From the NCBI RefSeq assembly GCF_006345805.1, contig NC_043002.1, positions 49,290,001 to 49,354,000 on the forward strand: a stretch of 64,000 nucleotides of DNA, in the 5' to 3' direction. A model generated the notes under the pieces. It made no database searches and was not told the DNA's origin. It worked only from the letters and a program-made list of their open reading frames with translations. The position numbers were made by a program, and so were the translations under genes. The number at the start of each line of letters is the position of its first letter. Position 1 is the first letter of the stretch. The stretch is from Octopus sinensis (lineage: Eukaryota). This document shows positions 39,321-52,390 of this stretch, one piece after another.

Positions 39321-39790
39321 TTTTGATAGTTGTGTGCTGCTTTGCAGCGGTTATTTTCTGGTTGAACTGTCCCTCAACATTTTGAGGAGAGATGCCTACC
39401 TTGAATAAAATAGATTGATAGCAACATTTTCCTTTTATGGCAAAATATGCATCTAATTTAATAAAATTATGAAGTTTGCTCTGATTACTACGCATAAAAT
39501 GCAAAACATTTTATTTCTTTGTAGATTAGGCTGACATAATTCGGCCCTACTTTTCAATTTCAGTATTTAAGCTACGCATAGTGCTGCTGTAGTACACGTG
39601 CCGGGTACACTCCTACGACACCGTTTTCTATGCGTGCTGTAAATGTAGAAGTAAATCTGCCTTCAACTCTGTCGCACGCCTGTGTTTCGCTTTTATTTTG
39701 TGTGTGTTTTACAACATAAAGGTCACCATCTGCCTATCCTGAGTAATTACTGACAGCACGTGTCTGATACATATTTATAAGGGAAAAAAA

Positions 39791-39937
39791 GTTATAGCCG
39801 GTCATAGAGTGATCATTGGTTTCGCATCTGTAAAGCGCTTAGCAGTACAGGTGACTCGCCAAAGTCTGCTGAGTCGCCTATACTGCTAAATGCTTTATAG
39901 GTGCGAAACCAATGGTCACTTTATGACCGGTCATAAC
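39791..39937. repeat. 147-bp near-perfect palindrome (MITE-like hairpin)
   Basis: About 68-bp arms and an 11-nt loop; most imperfections are G-T or A-C. Confidence 0.9.
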
Positions 39938-40081
39938 ATTTAACTTCCTAAAAAAATGCATTACTGCTTTAAAGCTATTGAGAGCGTACTTCTTTTTGGG
40001 ATATATGAACTACTGATGATATATCAACATGTGTATGTGTGTGTGTGTGTGCGCGCACACACATACACATATACATATATA

Positions 40082-40370
40082 GTGAAGGTGCGAGGCTTAA
40101 TGGTTAGGGTATTCGGCTCACGATCGTAAGGTCGTGAGTTCAATTCTCGGCGACGCGTTGTGTCCTTGAACAAGACACTTTATTTCACTCAGCTACCAAA
40201 AATGAGCAGTACCTGTATTTCAAAGCTTTGTCACATTCTGTATCATGCTGAATTTCTCTGAGAACTACATTAAGTGTACACGTATGTATGGAGTGCTCAG
40301 TCACTTGCACGCTAATTTCATGAGCACGCTGTTCCGTTGATCGGATCAAGTGGAACCTGCGTCGCCACAA
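40082..40370 (+). mobile_element. SINE family D, 3'-clipped
   Basis: Head gtgaaggtgcgaggcttaatggttaggg..gagttcaattctcgg. Confidence 0.85.
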
Positions 40371-40375
40371 CCTAC

Positions 40376-40920
40376 TCTCTCTCTAAATATATGATTAACC
40401 CCCCCCCCCATACAAATACATAAACGCACCACATAAACATACACACGCGCACGCACACACATATATATGTATATATTTACATATAAATACATCAATCTAA
40501 CAATTGAACTCAGAGCGTAACGGCAGACGAAATACCGCTAAGCATTTCGCCTGGTGTGCTAACGTTTCTGCCAGCTCGCCGCCTTTAGAGAGAGAACTTA
40601 AATATTAGTTTCAAATTTTAGCACAAGGCCAGCAATTTCGAAGGGCAGAGTATTATAGTCGATTACATTGACCCCAGTGTCCAACTGATACTTATTGTAT
40701 GGACCCCGAAAGGATGAAAGGCAAAGTCGACCTCGGCAGAATTTTAACTCAGATTGTAAAGACGGATGAAATACTGTTAAGCATTTTGTTCGTTGTGCTA
40801 ACGATTCTGTGGCTTCAAATTTTGGTACAAGGCCAGTAATTTTGGGGAAGGGGTTGAGTCGATTACATCGACCTCACTGCATAACTGGTATTTATTTTAT
40901 CGGCTCCGAAAGGATAAAAG
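40376..40920. other. Mosaic insertion copied from three nearby loci
   Basis: 40376-40470 matches about 37340-37432 (direct); 40461-40501 is the exact reverse complement of 41715-41755; 40502-40920 matches about 48132-48550 (direct, about 15 substitutions). Confidence 0.85.
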
Positions 40921-41100
40921 TTAGTTAATTTTTTTTGCCTCTTAATTACTTTTGTTGAAAGACTTGAGGAGGCCTGCATGCAATCTGTGTGTAGAAGTTC
41001 AACCACATAATATCTCGCCTAGTTTATAGCACAACACATTTATTCCCCAATACTTTAAACGTCCGTACATGAAGACCAAAGTAGCCAACGCCTCTACTTG

Positions 41101-41134
<34 letters not shown>

Positions 41135-41955
41135 CATCCATTATACATCCGTATCCACGATCCATGATGCCTCGCACACAATTTCTTCAAAATTATGCCT
41201 TATTCTATCTCCACGCATTTATTTCCCACGGTTGCATGCACACATACGTTCTTACATATACATTGCTCAATCCCTTCCTCTGTCACGCACACACATACAC
41301 ACACACACACACACAACACACACGCATACACTCATTATAAACATACTTCGCTGCACTATATTTTCCTACGCGTAACACGGTTTTCTTTGCCACGTGCTCA
41401 AACTTTTCTGCTGAAGAAATATTTTTTTAATAATTATTCACTTCCCATTTTTAATCCCAGCATGTCGTATTCTGACTCTGTTCTGGTTTGAGGAAGTACC
41501 ACTGTCCGAAACATCGATTTCCCTTCATTCCTTTTCTTCCCCTCATAATTACATTAACTTCGAAGTCTTATTCGCTGTTTTATGCCTTTCTTTTACTTGT
41601 CCTCCTCCCTTTTTTTCTTATCAATTACACTACTAACGCAAACTTACCTTCCGGTTGGAGTATATGTATGAGTATGTGTGTGTGTCGTGTGTGAGTGTGC
41701 ATGTGTTTATGGGGGTTAGATTGATGTATTTATATGTAAATATATACATATATATTTATGCTTATATGTGGGTGTAAGCTTACACACTTGTATATGCATG
41801 CGTTTGTACACATGTGAATATGTATCATATCTATATATATATATACACACACATACATACATACATATACATATAAATACGATATATACACAAACACATG
41901 CAAATATAAATACATATAGGCATCTATATATGTATATATATATGTGTATATATAC

Positions 41956-41988
<33 letters not shown>

Positions 41989-42039
41989 ATATATATATAT
42001 ATATATGCACACACGCACGCGCACACAAACACATGCATA

Positions 42040-42070
<31 letters not shown>

Positions 42071-42265
42071 AACACAAGCATATCAACAAACACACTGATG
42101 TTTATGTTCGCCCTCTCGCAGACTTGCTTATGAAAATTTATTTTCACCTCCATCATAAACAAGTCATGCACCCCTTGTGAGAAGTAATTTATTACTTTGT
42201 ACGTCGCCTATAAACCAAACCGCATACACCAATTGACCATCATGAATCATCTACTTCTTGACCAA

Positions 42266-42300
<35 letters not shown>

Positions 42301-42326
42301 CATTATCACCATCATCGTCGTCGCCG

Positions 42327-42420
<94 letters not shown>

Positions 42421-42427
42421 GTTTATT

Positions 42428-42702
42428 AAGGTGGCAAGCTGGCAGAATCGTTAGCACGCTGTACGAAATGCTTACCAGTATTTCACCCGTCGCTATGGTT
42501 CTGAGTTCAAATTCTGCTGCGGTCGGTTTTGCCTTTCATCCTTTCGGGATCGATAAAAAAAGTATCAGTTGAACACTAGGGGAGGGAGTCGATGTAATTG
42601 ACTCATTCCTAACTCCCTAAGTTGCCCTTGTGACAAAAATTTAAAATAATAATGGAAATTATTATCATCATCATCATCATTATTATTATTATTATATTAT
42701 TA

Positions 42703-42757
<55 letters not shown>

Positions 42758-43190
42758 TTTTATAGGTGAGCTGGCAGAATCTTTAGCACGCCTAGTGAAA
42801 TGCTTAGCGGTATTTCACCCGTCGCTACGTTCTGAGTTCAAATTCCGCCGAGGTCGACTTTGTCTTACATCCTTTCGGGGTCATAGATTAAGTACCTTTC
42901 GAGTACTGGGTCGATCTAATCGACTAGCCCCTTTTACCCAAATTTCAGGCTTTGTTCCTATAATAGAAAGGATTATTATTACATTTTTTAAGGTGTCTAA
43001 CTGGCAGAATCGTTACCACGGCGGACAGAATATTTAACGGCATTTCTTCCGGTTTTACAACCTGAGTTCTAATTCCGACGAGGCTGGCTTCGTCTTTCAT
43101 TCTTTTGGAATGGATAAAATAGGTCCCTGTGGACGATGAAATCGACTAGTGCCCTCCCCCAAAATTTCAAGCCTTGTTCCTATGGTAGAA
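42428..43190 (+). mobile_element. Three head-to-tail SINE family F copies separated by (ATT)n
   Basis: Heads at about 42428, 42762 and 42990, each followed by the gccttt/cttt-catcc body and an ATT-type tail. Confidence 0.85.
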
Positions 43191-43282
43191 AGAATTCTTA
43201 CTATTATATTTTTGGTTTTGTCTCGTTATCATATTTTATTAACTGTACCATCTCCTCATGTGTATATGAGGTCATATACTCT

Positions 43283-43430
43283 TTTACTCTTTTACTCTTT
43301 TACTTGTTTCAGTCATTTGACTGCGGCCATGCTGGAGCACCGCCTTTAGTCGAGCAAATCGACCCCGGGACTTATTCTTTGTAAGCCCAGTACTTATTCT
43401 ATCGGTCTATTTTTGCCGAACCGCTAAGTG
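43283..43430 (-). mobile_element. SINE family B, 3' fragment
   Basis: Reverse complement of the B tail. Confidence 0.85.
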
Positions 43431-44077
43431 GTTAAGAAGTTCATTTCGCAATCATCTGGTATCGGTTTCAGTCTACAACGTGGTATCTTGAACAAGTGAC
43501 TTTTATTATAGTCTTGTTTGTATTCAAATTTTTGGAGTCAATCTCGAAAGATGGAAACTATGTGGAAACCAATCGATCCTAGTAATTTAAAGGTCCTATC
43601 TTGCTACACATTATATCACTATATTAAGGGGTGCACGTGTCTATGGAGTGTTCAAACATTTACACACCAAATCAATAAGTAGAGCAAATAACTAAATATT
43701 CATCGTCGAAATCGAGGAAGATCCTTTTCGAAATTTATAAATTTTATTCAAACGATGATTATCACAACTCGCCTGATGAAGCGGAACAGTGAAACTTGTA
43801 TAGGGACGATATAAAATTCCGTTTCGTATAAATCACATACGGCTTATGAACGTAATCAGTTATGTTCGTATATGAATACATACTATATTTGTGTGTTTGT
43901 CGCTGGAAGTTTGAACACGTTTAGCGTTCGTGGAATGATAAACTCGGGGAAAAAAGAGAACGTGTTAAACCAAAACATACGACATGTAGAAAGTACTGGC
44001 ATATTTGTCAAAGTTTACTAAGATAAAGTGAATAAATACCGCAGGTAATAATAATAATAATAATGATGATAATAATG

Positions 44078-44136
<59 letters not shown>

Positions 44137-44191
44137 GATAATAATAATAATAATGATGATAATAATAATAATAACGATAATAATAATAATA

Positions 44192-44406
44192 CATAATACA
44201 AAAAATACATAACAAAAACACCAGGACTTACAAACACATATAATATACAGAAAATTGCACTACTAGGCACTGCACACATCCTACGCAGAACACTTTCCAT
44301 ACAATAACCATCAGAGCATCACAACAAATCACAGCACATACCCAAGGCACACAGAGCTGCGCTCGGTAGTGAAGTGAAAGCACGCTATAAAAATAAAACA
44401 ACTGAA
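44192..44406 (+). mobile_element. 5'-truncated Dong/R4-clade non-LTR retrotransposon 3' end in (TAA)n
   Basis: Reads YKKYITKTPGLTNTYNIQKIALLGTAHILRRTLSIQ* (R4-clade C-terminal QKxxLLGTAxILR motif), then a 100-bp 3' UTR running into TAA repeats. Confidence 0.85.
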
Positions 44407-44432
44407 TGATAATAATAATAATAATAATAATG

Positions 44433-44468
<36 letters not shown>

Positions 44469-44560
44469 TAATAATAGTAATAATAACGATAATAATAATA
44501 GTAATAATAACGATAATAATAATAATAATAATAATATTAATAATAATAATAATAATAACG

Positions 44561-44591
<31 letters not shown>

Positions 44592-44607
44592 GATAATAAT
44601 AATAATA

Positions 44608-44639
<32 letters not shown>

Positions 44640-44670
44640 GATAATAATAATAATAACAACGATAATAATA

Positions 44671-44712
<42 letters not shown>

Positions 44713-44830
44713 TGATAATAATGATAATAATAATAATAATAATAATAATATAATAATAATAATAATAATAATAACGATAATAATAATAATAATGATGATA
44801 ATAATAATAATAACGATAATAATAATAATA

Positions 44831-45045
44831 CATAATACAAAAAATACATAACAAAAACACCAGGACTTACAAACACATATAATATACAGAAAATTGCACT
44901 ACTAGGCACTGCACACATCCTACGCAGAACACTTTCCATACAATAACCATCAGAGCATCACAACAAATCACAGCACATACCCAAGGCACACAGAGCTGCG
45001 CTCGGTAGTGAAGTGAAAGCACGCTATAAAAATAAAACAACTGAA
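44831..45045 (+). mobile_element. Second, apparently identical Dong/R4 3' fragment in (TAA)n
   Basis: Same sequence as 44192-44406 at a 639-bp offset; the flanking TAA interruption pattern is also repeated. Confidence 0.85.
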
Positions 45046-45243
45046 TGATAATAATAATAATAATAATAATGATAATAATAATAATAATAATAATATAATA
45101 ATAATAATAATAATAGTAATAATAACGATAATAATAATAGTAATAATAACGATAATAATAATAATAATAATAATATTAATAATAATAATAATAATAACGA
45201 TAATAATAATAATAATAATAATAATATAATAATAATAATAATA

Positions 45244-45275
<32 letters not shown>

Positions 45276-45297
45276 GATAATAATAATAATAACAACG

Positions 45298-45342
<45 letters not shown>

Positions 45343-45345
45343 TTA

Positions 45346-45858
45346 TCTTAACTGATTGGAGGTGTTATCATGTACATTGTTTTGTCTTGGTATAAAAGAT
45401 GGGCTACAGCAAATATTCTGCTCAATACCACAGATTTGCTTGTCAGTTGTTTGACCTTAACCAGTTGAGCATGTCCCTTCGTGGCTGACAATATGTGCAT
45501 CTCTGATCACGAGCAGAAGTAGTGGGGGAGCATCATAGCCATGTGTTGAGAGGGATTCTTTGGGGTTTGAATAGTTCACCTCTGGAAACATGGGTGGTTC
45601 TTTCAACATCCTTAAACAACCCTTATTCAGGGACCGTTTGAGCGGGATGGGCTACTCAATCTGAAGAAAATTCTAACTGGGCCCCACCTGCAAGGTCATG
45701 TGCTGTTTATCTTGATATGAGATCACCATGTCGCGCACATATGGTTGTGATGCATGTGCCTGGTGTACCTTTATCAGACGGGTAGTCATGATGGGTATAT
45801 TGGGCTTCGTATATTTTACCCCAGTGTCACTTTGATGGCATGCACTGCTCTCTCACTC
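45346..45858. other. Unclassified ~510-bp insert bounded by (TAA)n on both sides
   Basis: Complex sequence of ordinary GC content inside the TAA field; no convincing ORF. Confidence 0.5.
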
Positions 45859-45913
<55 letters not shown>

Positions 45914-46020
45914 TGATTACGAAGGTGAATGTTTTAAAGTGTGTGTGTGGTATAGGTGATATGACTATACATTTATAAACATACAGATATCTATCTATCT
46001 TATCTATCTATCTATCTATC

Positions 46021-46085
<65 letters not shown>

Positions 46086-46122
46086 CATCCATCCATCCAT
46101 CCATCCATCCATCCATCTATCC

Positions 46123-46206
<84 letters not shown>

Positions 46207-46408
46207 GTCTGTTTACACACAGGTCGTGCACGCACCCGGTAACAGTGCGAAATGAAATATTTTCTTGCTTTTGAAAGCTTAATATACCGCTTTCAGTTTC
46301 AGTTGTCACATTAAGAGATATCTCATATGTGAAATTGATAGATCAAGGGCGGTAAAATAAATGAGTAAATAAATGCCCCAAAGTCAAATGGGGGCAAGGA
46401 GACAGAGT

Positions 46409-46484
<76 letters not shown>

Positions 46485-46914
46485 GCTGGAAAGAAAGAAC
46501 ATTGTAAAAAGAAAAAGAAGCTTTGTGGTAGTGACGCAACGAGAAAGACAAGGTAAAAGAAAGGCAAGGCAGGAAAAAGGTGAATGAGAAAGAATGCGCG
46601 CGTGTGTGTGTGTGAGAGAGAGAGGGGGGGGGAGAGAGGGAGAGGAGGAGGATAGCTAGAAACAGAGGCTGTCATGCGTGCATGTTTGAGTGAGAGAGAG
46701 AGAGAGACTTAACTCGAATTACATCTAACTACTAATATTGGCAATGATGGTAGATTATCAGAAAGGTTAACGCATCAGAAAAATGCTTTATGTTAGATCT
46801 TCTGATTCTTTATATTCTGAGTTCATATCCCACTGAGATCAAATTGGTTTGTTTTTTTATATACAACCGACTCAATAAAATTAAGTACCTGTCAAATGAT
46901 GGAGTCGAGGTTAT

Positions 46915-48890
46915 GGACGGACCCCTGGCCTCAAATTGCTGGCATTGTACCTAAATCGTGATTATTGTTTTCAAACTTCGGCTAGCAAATTCGGCGAATT
47001 ACATCGGCTCAACTGGAACTTATTTTATTGAACCTGAAAGGATGAAAAGCAAAATCAGCCTCAAGAGGAATTTGACCTCAGTACTTAAAGACAGACGAAA
47101 TGTCGCCAAGCATTTTGCCCGGTGCGGTAACGATTCTGCCAGCTCGCCGTCTTAGGCACCGCTATTATTAACCAAGGTAGGTTAAAAATTTCGGACCTTG
47201 TGCCTAGAGTAGAAAAGATTATTAACCAGGTTTCGAGACAGCAGAATGATTAAAATGTCGGGAGGAAAATCCCTGCAGCATTTGTTCCGGTTCTTTTCAT
47301 GCTTTGTATTCTTTAGTAGGTTTATATGCAGGGCTCATACTGGATCTTCAACACAAATCTAGTTTCTCCCTAGTTTCGCTTCAGGATGGATCTCACAGTC
47401 AGTTTCAAGCACTCTTCATTTTCTTTGCTAAAGAACTGAATAGAGAGTCAAGCAAATGATACTGAATCCCGTCGGGATCAACTTTACAGTTCATCCTTTC
47501 ACTGTTTATGAAATAAAGTAAAAGTCAAGTCCCGAGGGCGATGGTACTAATTAAACCCCTCCCCACAAAAATGTTCGTCTTGGAACTAACTTAGAAATCA
47601 TTCTTAGGGTGTCATTAGAGCGTCGGAAGAAATACAGCGAGGAATTTCTTCTTTTTGAGAGGATAATAAATCGATTACATCGATTACTTGACTGGTACTT
47701 ATTTCATGATTCCCGAAAGGACGAAAAGCAAAGTCGACCGCAGCAGAACGTAAAGACGGACGAAATGCCGCTAAGCATTCTATCCGGTGTGCTAACGTTT
47801 CTTTTTTATTGCCCACAAGGGGCTAAACATAGAGGGGACAAACAAGGACAGACAAAGGGATTAAGTTGATTACATTGACCCCAGTGCGTAACTGGTACTT
47901 AATTTATCGACTCCGAAAGGATGAAAGGCAAAGTCGACCTCGGCAGAATTTGAACTCAGAACGTAACGACAGACGAAATACATATTTCTTTACTACCCAC
48001 AAGGGGCTAAACACAGAGGGGACAAACAAGGACAGACAAAGGGATCAAGTCGATTACATTGACCCCAGTGTTTCGCTGGTACTTTATTTATCAACCCCGA
48101 AAGGATGAAAGGCAAAGTCGACCTCAGCGGAATTTGAACTCAGAGCGTAACGGCAGACGAAATACCGCTAAGCATTTCGCCTGGTGTGCTAACGTTTCTG
48201 CCAGCTCGCCGCCTTTAGAGAGAGAACTTAAATATTAGTTTCAAATTTTAGCACAAGGCCAGCAATTTCGAAGGGCAGGGTATTATAGTCGATTACGTCG
48301 ACCCCAGTGTCTAGCTGATACTTACTATATGGACCCCGAAAGGATGAAAGGCAAAGTCGACCTCGGCAGAATTTTAACTGAGATTATAAAGACGCATGAA
48401 ATACTGTTAAGCATTCTGTTCATTGTGCTAACGATTCTGTAGCTTCAAATTTTGGTACAAGGCCAGTAATTTTGGAGAAGGGGTTGAGTCGATTACATCG
48501 ACCTCACTGCATAACTGGTATTTATTTTATCGGCTTCGAAAGGATAAAAGGCAAAGTCAACTTCGGCAGAATTTGAACTCCGAGCATAAAGCCAAATTAT
48601 ATGCTGCTAAGCATTTTGTCCGGTGTGCAAACGGCTCTGCAAGCTCGCAGCCTCCAAAGGGAACTTATAATGGTTTCAATTTTTGGCACAAGGTCATGTA
48701 TTTCAGGAAGTGGGTGAGTCTATTACATCGACCTCCAGTCCTCAACTGGTACTTGTTTTATCGACCCCGAAAGGAGGAAAGGCAAAGTGGACCCCGATGG
48801 AATTTGAACTCAGGACATAAAGACGGACGAAATGCCGCTAAGCATTTCGCCCGGCGCGGTAACGATTCTGCCAGCTCGCCGCCTTAAAAG
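46915..48890 (-). mobile_element. Cluster of co-oriented SINE A/F copies and fragments, including an A dimer at about 47800-48212
   Basis: Repeated ccccgaaaggatgaaaggcaaagtcgacctcggc motifs and heads ending gctcgccgcc, all on the minus strand. Confidence 0.88.
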
Positions 48891-49314
48891 AGAACTTAAT
48901 AATGAGGGAGATAATCGAGCGAGAGCAAAAACTGAGAAACAGTAGGAGAGTAAACAGAAAGAGACAGATGAAACAGAGAGAGGGAGGGGGAATATGACTG
49001 AAGGAAACAGGTACAGTGAAATGAGAGAGGGGGTTTGAGAGCAACAGTATTGGACAATAGTGCGAGAGATATAGGGTGATAGTAAGAGGTGGCCGATTGA
49101 GTGAAGTGAGAATGGGAGGGTAAGAGTAAATGAGAAGGTGGTTGTAGTGGTGGTGAGAGGTGACTGAGTGAAAGAGGAATGAGACAGTCAAAAAGAAGAC
49201 AACGTGAGAAGAAGATATGATGGATTGACTGAGTTTCGTACTGGTTTATTGATCGATTAAGTTGGGTTGGGTGTTAATGTATCATGGCTGTAGCGTGACA
49301 CTGTCTCTTAAAGA

Positions 49315-49388
49315 CAACCACACACACACACACACACAACACACATACACACGCACGCACACACACACTTATTCACACACACACATGC

Positions 49389-49419
<31 letters not shown>

Positions 49420-49430
49420 TGCACACATGC

Positions 49431-49463
<33 letters not shown>

Positions 49464-49908
49464 TGCACACGCACACACACACACACGCACACACACCCAC
49501 ACACACATGCACACGCACACACACACACACATACACACGCACACACACGCACAAACACACACACACACGCACACACACACATGCATACGCACACACACAC
49601 ACACACACTTATTCACACACACACACACACACTATTCACACACACACACACACACTTATTCACACACACATTCACTCACTCAACTCACGAACGCACGCAT
49701 TTTCACTTTTTCGGTCTCATACGCACAAAACTTTTCTCTCTTTCTCTCCTTTTTTCTCTCCTTTTTCTCTCCTTTTTTCTCTCCTTTTTCTCTCCTTTTC
49801 TCTCTCTCTCTCTCTCTTTCTCTCCCATGCACACGCTGACTATATTACTTTATCATTGTTTCGTTTTACTTCTCACTCACACACTCTCTCTCTTCTCTAT
49901 CTTCTCTA

Positions 49909-49945
<37 letters not shown>

Positions 49946-50273
49946 TCCCCCTCTCCTCTCCTCTATCTCTCTCTTCTTTCTATGTCTTCACTCCTCTTTT
50001 CTCTCTTAATGCATGTCTCTTTCACTTTATCTCTATCTCACTTGATATCTACAATGCGATCCTCTCTGTTTCTCTCTTTTCACACACACACACACATTTT
50101 TTCTTTTTTCTTTCTTTTTTCCTTTCTTTCTCTCACTCCCTCACTCTCACTCACTTTGCTCCCTCCTCTCTTTATCTATCTACCTGTGTCTCTCAAAACT
50201 TTTTTTGCTCTCTTTCGCCTACCTCTCTCTCTTTCTCCCTCTCTCCTTTACTCTCTCTCTCTTTCTTTCCCTT

Positions 50274-50312
<39 letters not shown>

Positions 50313-50908
50313 GCTTTTTTCTCTCCTTCGTCATTCACCTTTCTCACTTTCCCTCTTTCTCTTTCCCCTTTATTTCTTGTCTTTCTTCCACTTGATCTCC
50401 GTACCATAATTCTGCCTGTCCATATTTTGACAGACGATTATTCACATTTTCCCCCTCTTTATCTGCTCTCCTTCTCTCGAAATTCCCCTAGTTTTTCACT
50501 CACAGTCTTTCTCTGCCCACCACTCTCTCTCTCTTTCTTTGCCCTCTCCCTCTTTCTGCCTCCCAATCACTCTTTTCTCCGACAAAATATTTGTAGTACA
50601 CACAAACGCGCGCGCATGCATACACACTTCCCCCCTTACGTTTCTTTTTCTCTCACTTACAACCACTTCCTACCTCTTCGTTGTGTTCTCTTTTACTTTC
50701 TCTTCCTTTTTCGATCTCTCTAAAGTGACTATCTTATCCCTCCCTTTCTCTTTGATTTTCTCCGTATCTTGCTATCTGTCAATCACCTCCCTCACTCTCT
50801 CCTTCTCTCTTTCCTTTTCTCCCTTCTCATTAACAATCCATCTGTGTTTCCATCTCTCCATCTCTCTGACTAGCTATCTATCTGTCTTCCTGCCTGTCCG
50901 TCAGTTTG

Positions 50909-50988
<80 letters not shown>

Positions 50989-51056
50989 ACAAACTAACTA
51001 ATTGTCTGTCTGTCTACCCAGCTACCTAAATGTCTCTCTGTCTAACCGATTACCTG

Positions 51057-51127
<71 letters not shown>

Positions 51128-51177
51128 GTCTGTCTGTCTGTCTGTCTGGTGTCTGTCTGTCTATCTATTTGTTTATT

Positions 51178-51212
<35 letters not shown>

Positions 51213-51320
51213 CCCTCTATCTGTCTATCTATCTCTATATGTCAATCTATTCGTAACCTCGAATATATAATATGCAATATACACAAGCACACACACGCGC
51301 GCACACAAACAAATATTTAT
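49315..51320. repeat. Long (CA)n, (CT)n-pyrimidine-rich and (TATC/TGTC)n field
   Basis: Direct reading; explains the 349-aa HT/SL pseudo-ORF at 49262. Confidence 0.95.
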
Positions 51321-51756
51321 ACACACAAACCCACACATATTTCAGAATTGAATTGTTCTCTACAGCTGTTTCAGTGGCATAAAACATCATTATTTATTTA
51401 ATTGCTTCATATAATTAATAAATTTAAAAGCGATGAATTATCCATATCGTCGGGAGAAAAATGGCTATCGGAACACCTTTACAGATTTTAATACAAAAGA
51501 TACAAAGAGAAAATGAAATCACTAACGGTGTTCTACCATTTTGCTTCCTCCCGAAGAGCATAGTTGATGCATCACTTTTATTTTAGTTATATAATTTCAT
51601 AAATAATGATGCTATATGCCGCCGAAACAGTTGTAGAAGACAATTAAATTACAGCCAATGTGTGAAATTTATGCTTTTCTGATGTACATGTATTAATACA
51701 TGCATACATCTATGCATTTACACACGCACACATCCACAGAGACAGTATATACACGA

Positions 51757-51797
<41 letters not shown>

Positions 51798-51873
51798 ATA
51801 AAACTATGGTTGCAGAACAAACTTCTATAGCAGTCCTATTAAACATTTTGTTCCTGAAAAGAAACAATCACTG

Positions 51874-51907
<34 letters not shown>

Positions 51908-51911
<4 letters not shown>

Positions 51912-52100
51912 AGAGTTCACGAAAAAAACAAAAGATGAAGACAGGTGGTGTACAAAACAAACAGATGTATTAATATAACGCTCAGGAATAGAAAAAGTAT
52001 TTTATGTTTCGAGCCTACGCTCTTCTACAGAAAGGGACTCAGAAAAAAACAAGGAGAGAAACAAGGAGAGAAAAAAATGTGTGTAGTGGCTACCGATCTA
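51908..52100 (-). mobile_element. (TA)n-flanked cassette with a variant hammerhead-like motif
   Basis: Minus strand 52033-52000: ttt-CTGTAGA-a-gagc/gtag/gctc-GAAA-cat-a-aaa. Confidence 0.45.
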
Positions 52101-52122
52101 TCATATATATATATATATATAA

Positions 52123-52299
52123 ATTAGAAAAGAAAAACAACTTTTATCAATTCAAAAATGAAAAATTAAATTATACCATTAAAAAAATTACATATCATAG
52201 AAAGATTAGATATAAGAATCTTTCTATAATATGTAATTTTTCTAAATGGTATAATTTAATTTATCAATTTTGAATTGATAATAGGTAGTTTTTTTCTAA
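52123..52299. repeat. AT-rich palindrome between (TA)n tracts
   Basis: Arms at about 52144-52207 and 52217-52281 around the loop agatataag, with additional outer pairing ttagaaaa/ttttctaa. Confidence 0.85.

Positions 52300-52390
<91 letters not shown>

Noticed and set aside
48218-48899. agagaacttaa as a TSD around a SINE trimer
   Set aside because: A similar motif also occurs between the units (about 48660), so it is probably element-derived.
49262-50311. Longest ORF (349 aa) and the many [12 protein letters not shown], polyK/E, polyG/P and polyN/I ORFs
   Set aside because: They are direct translations of CA, CT, TA, GAA, GGT and TAA microsatellites; there is no domain content.
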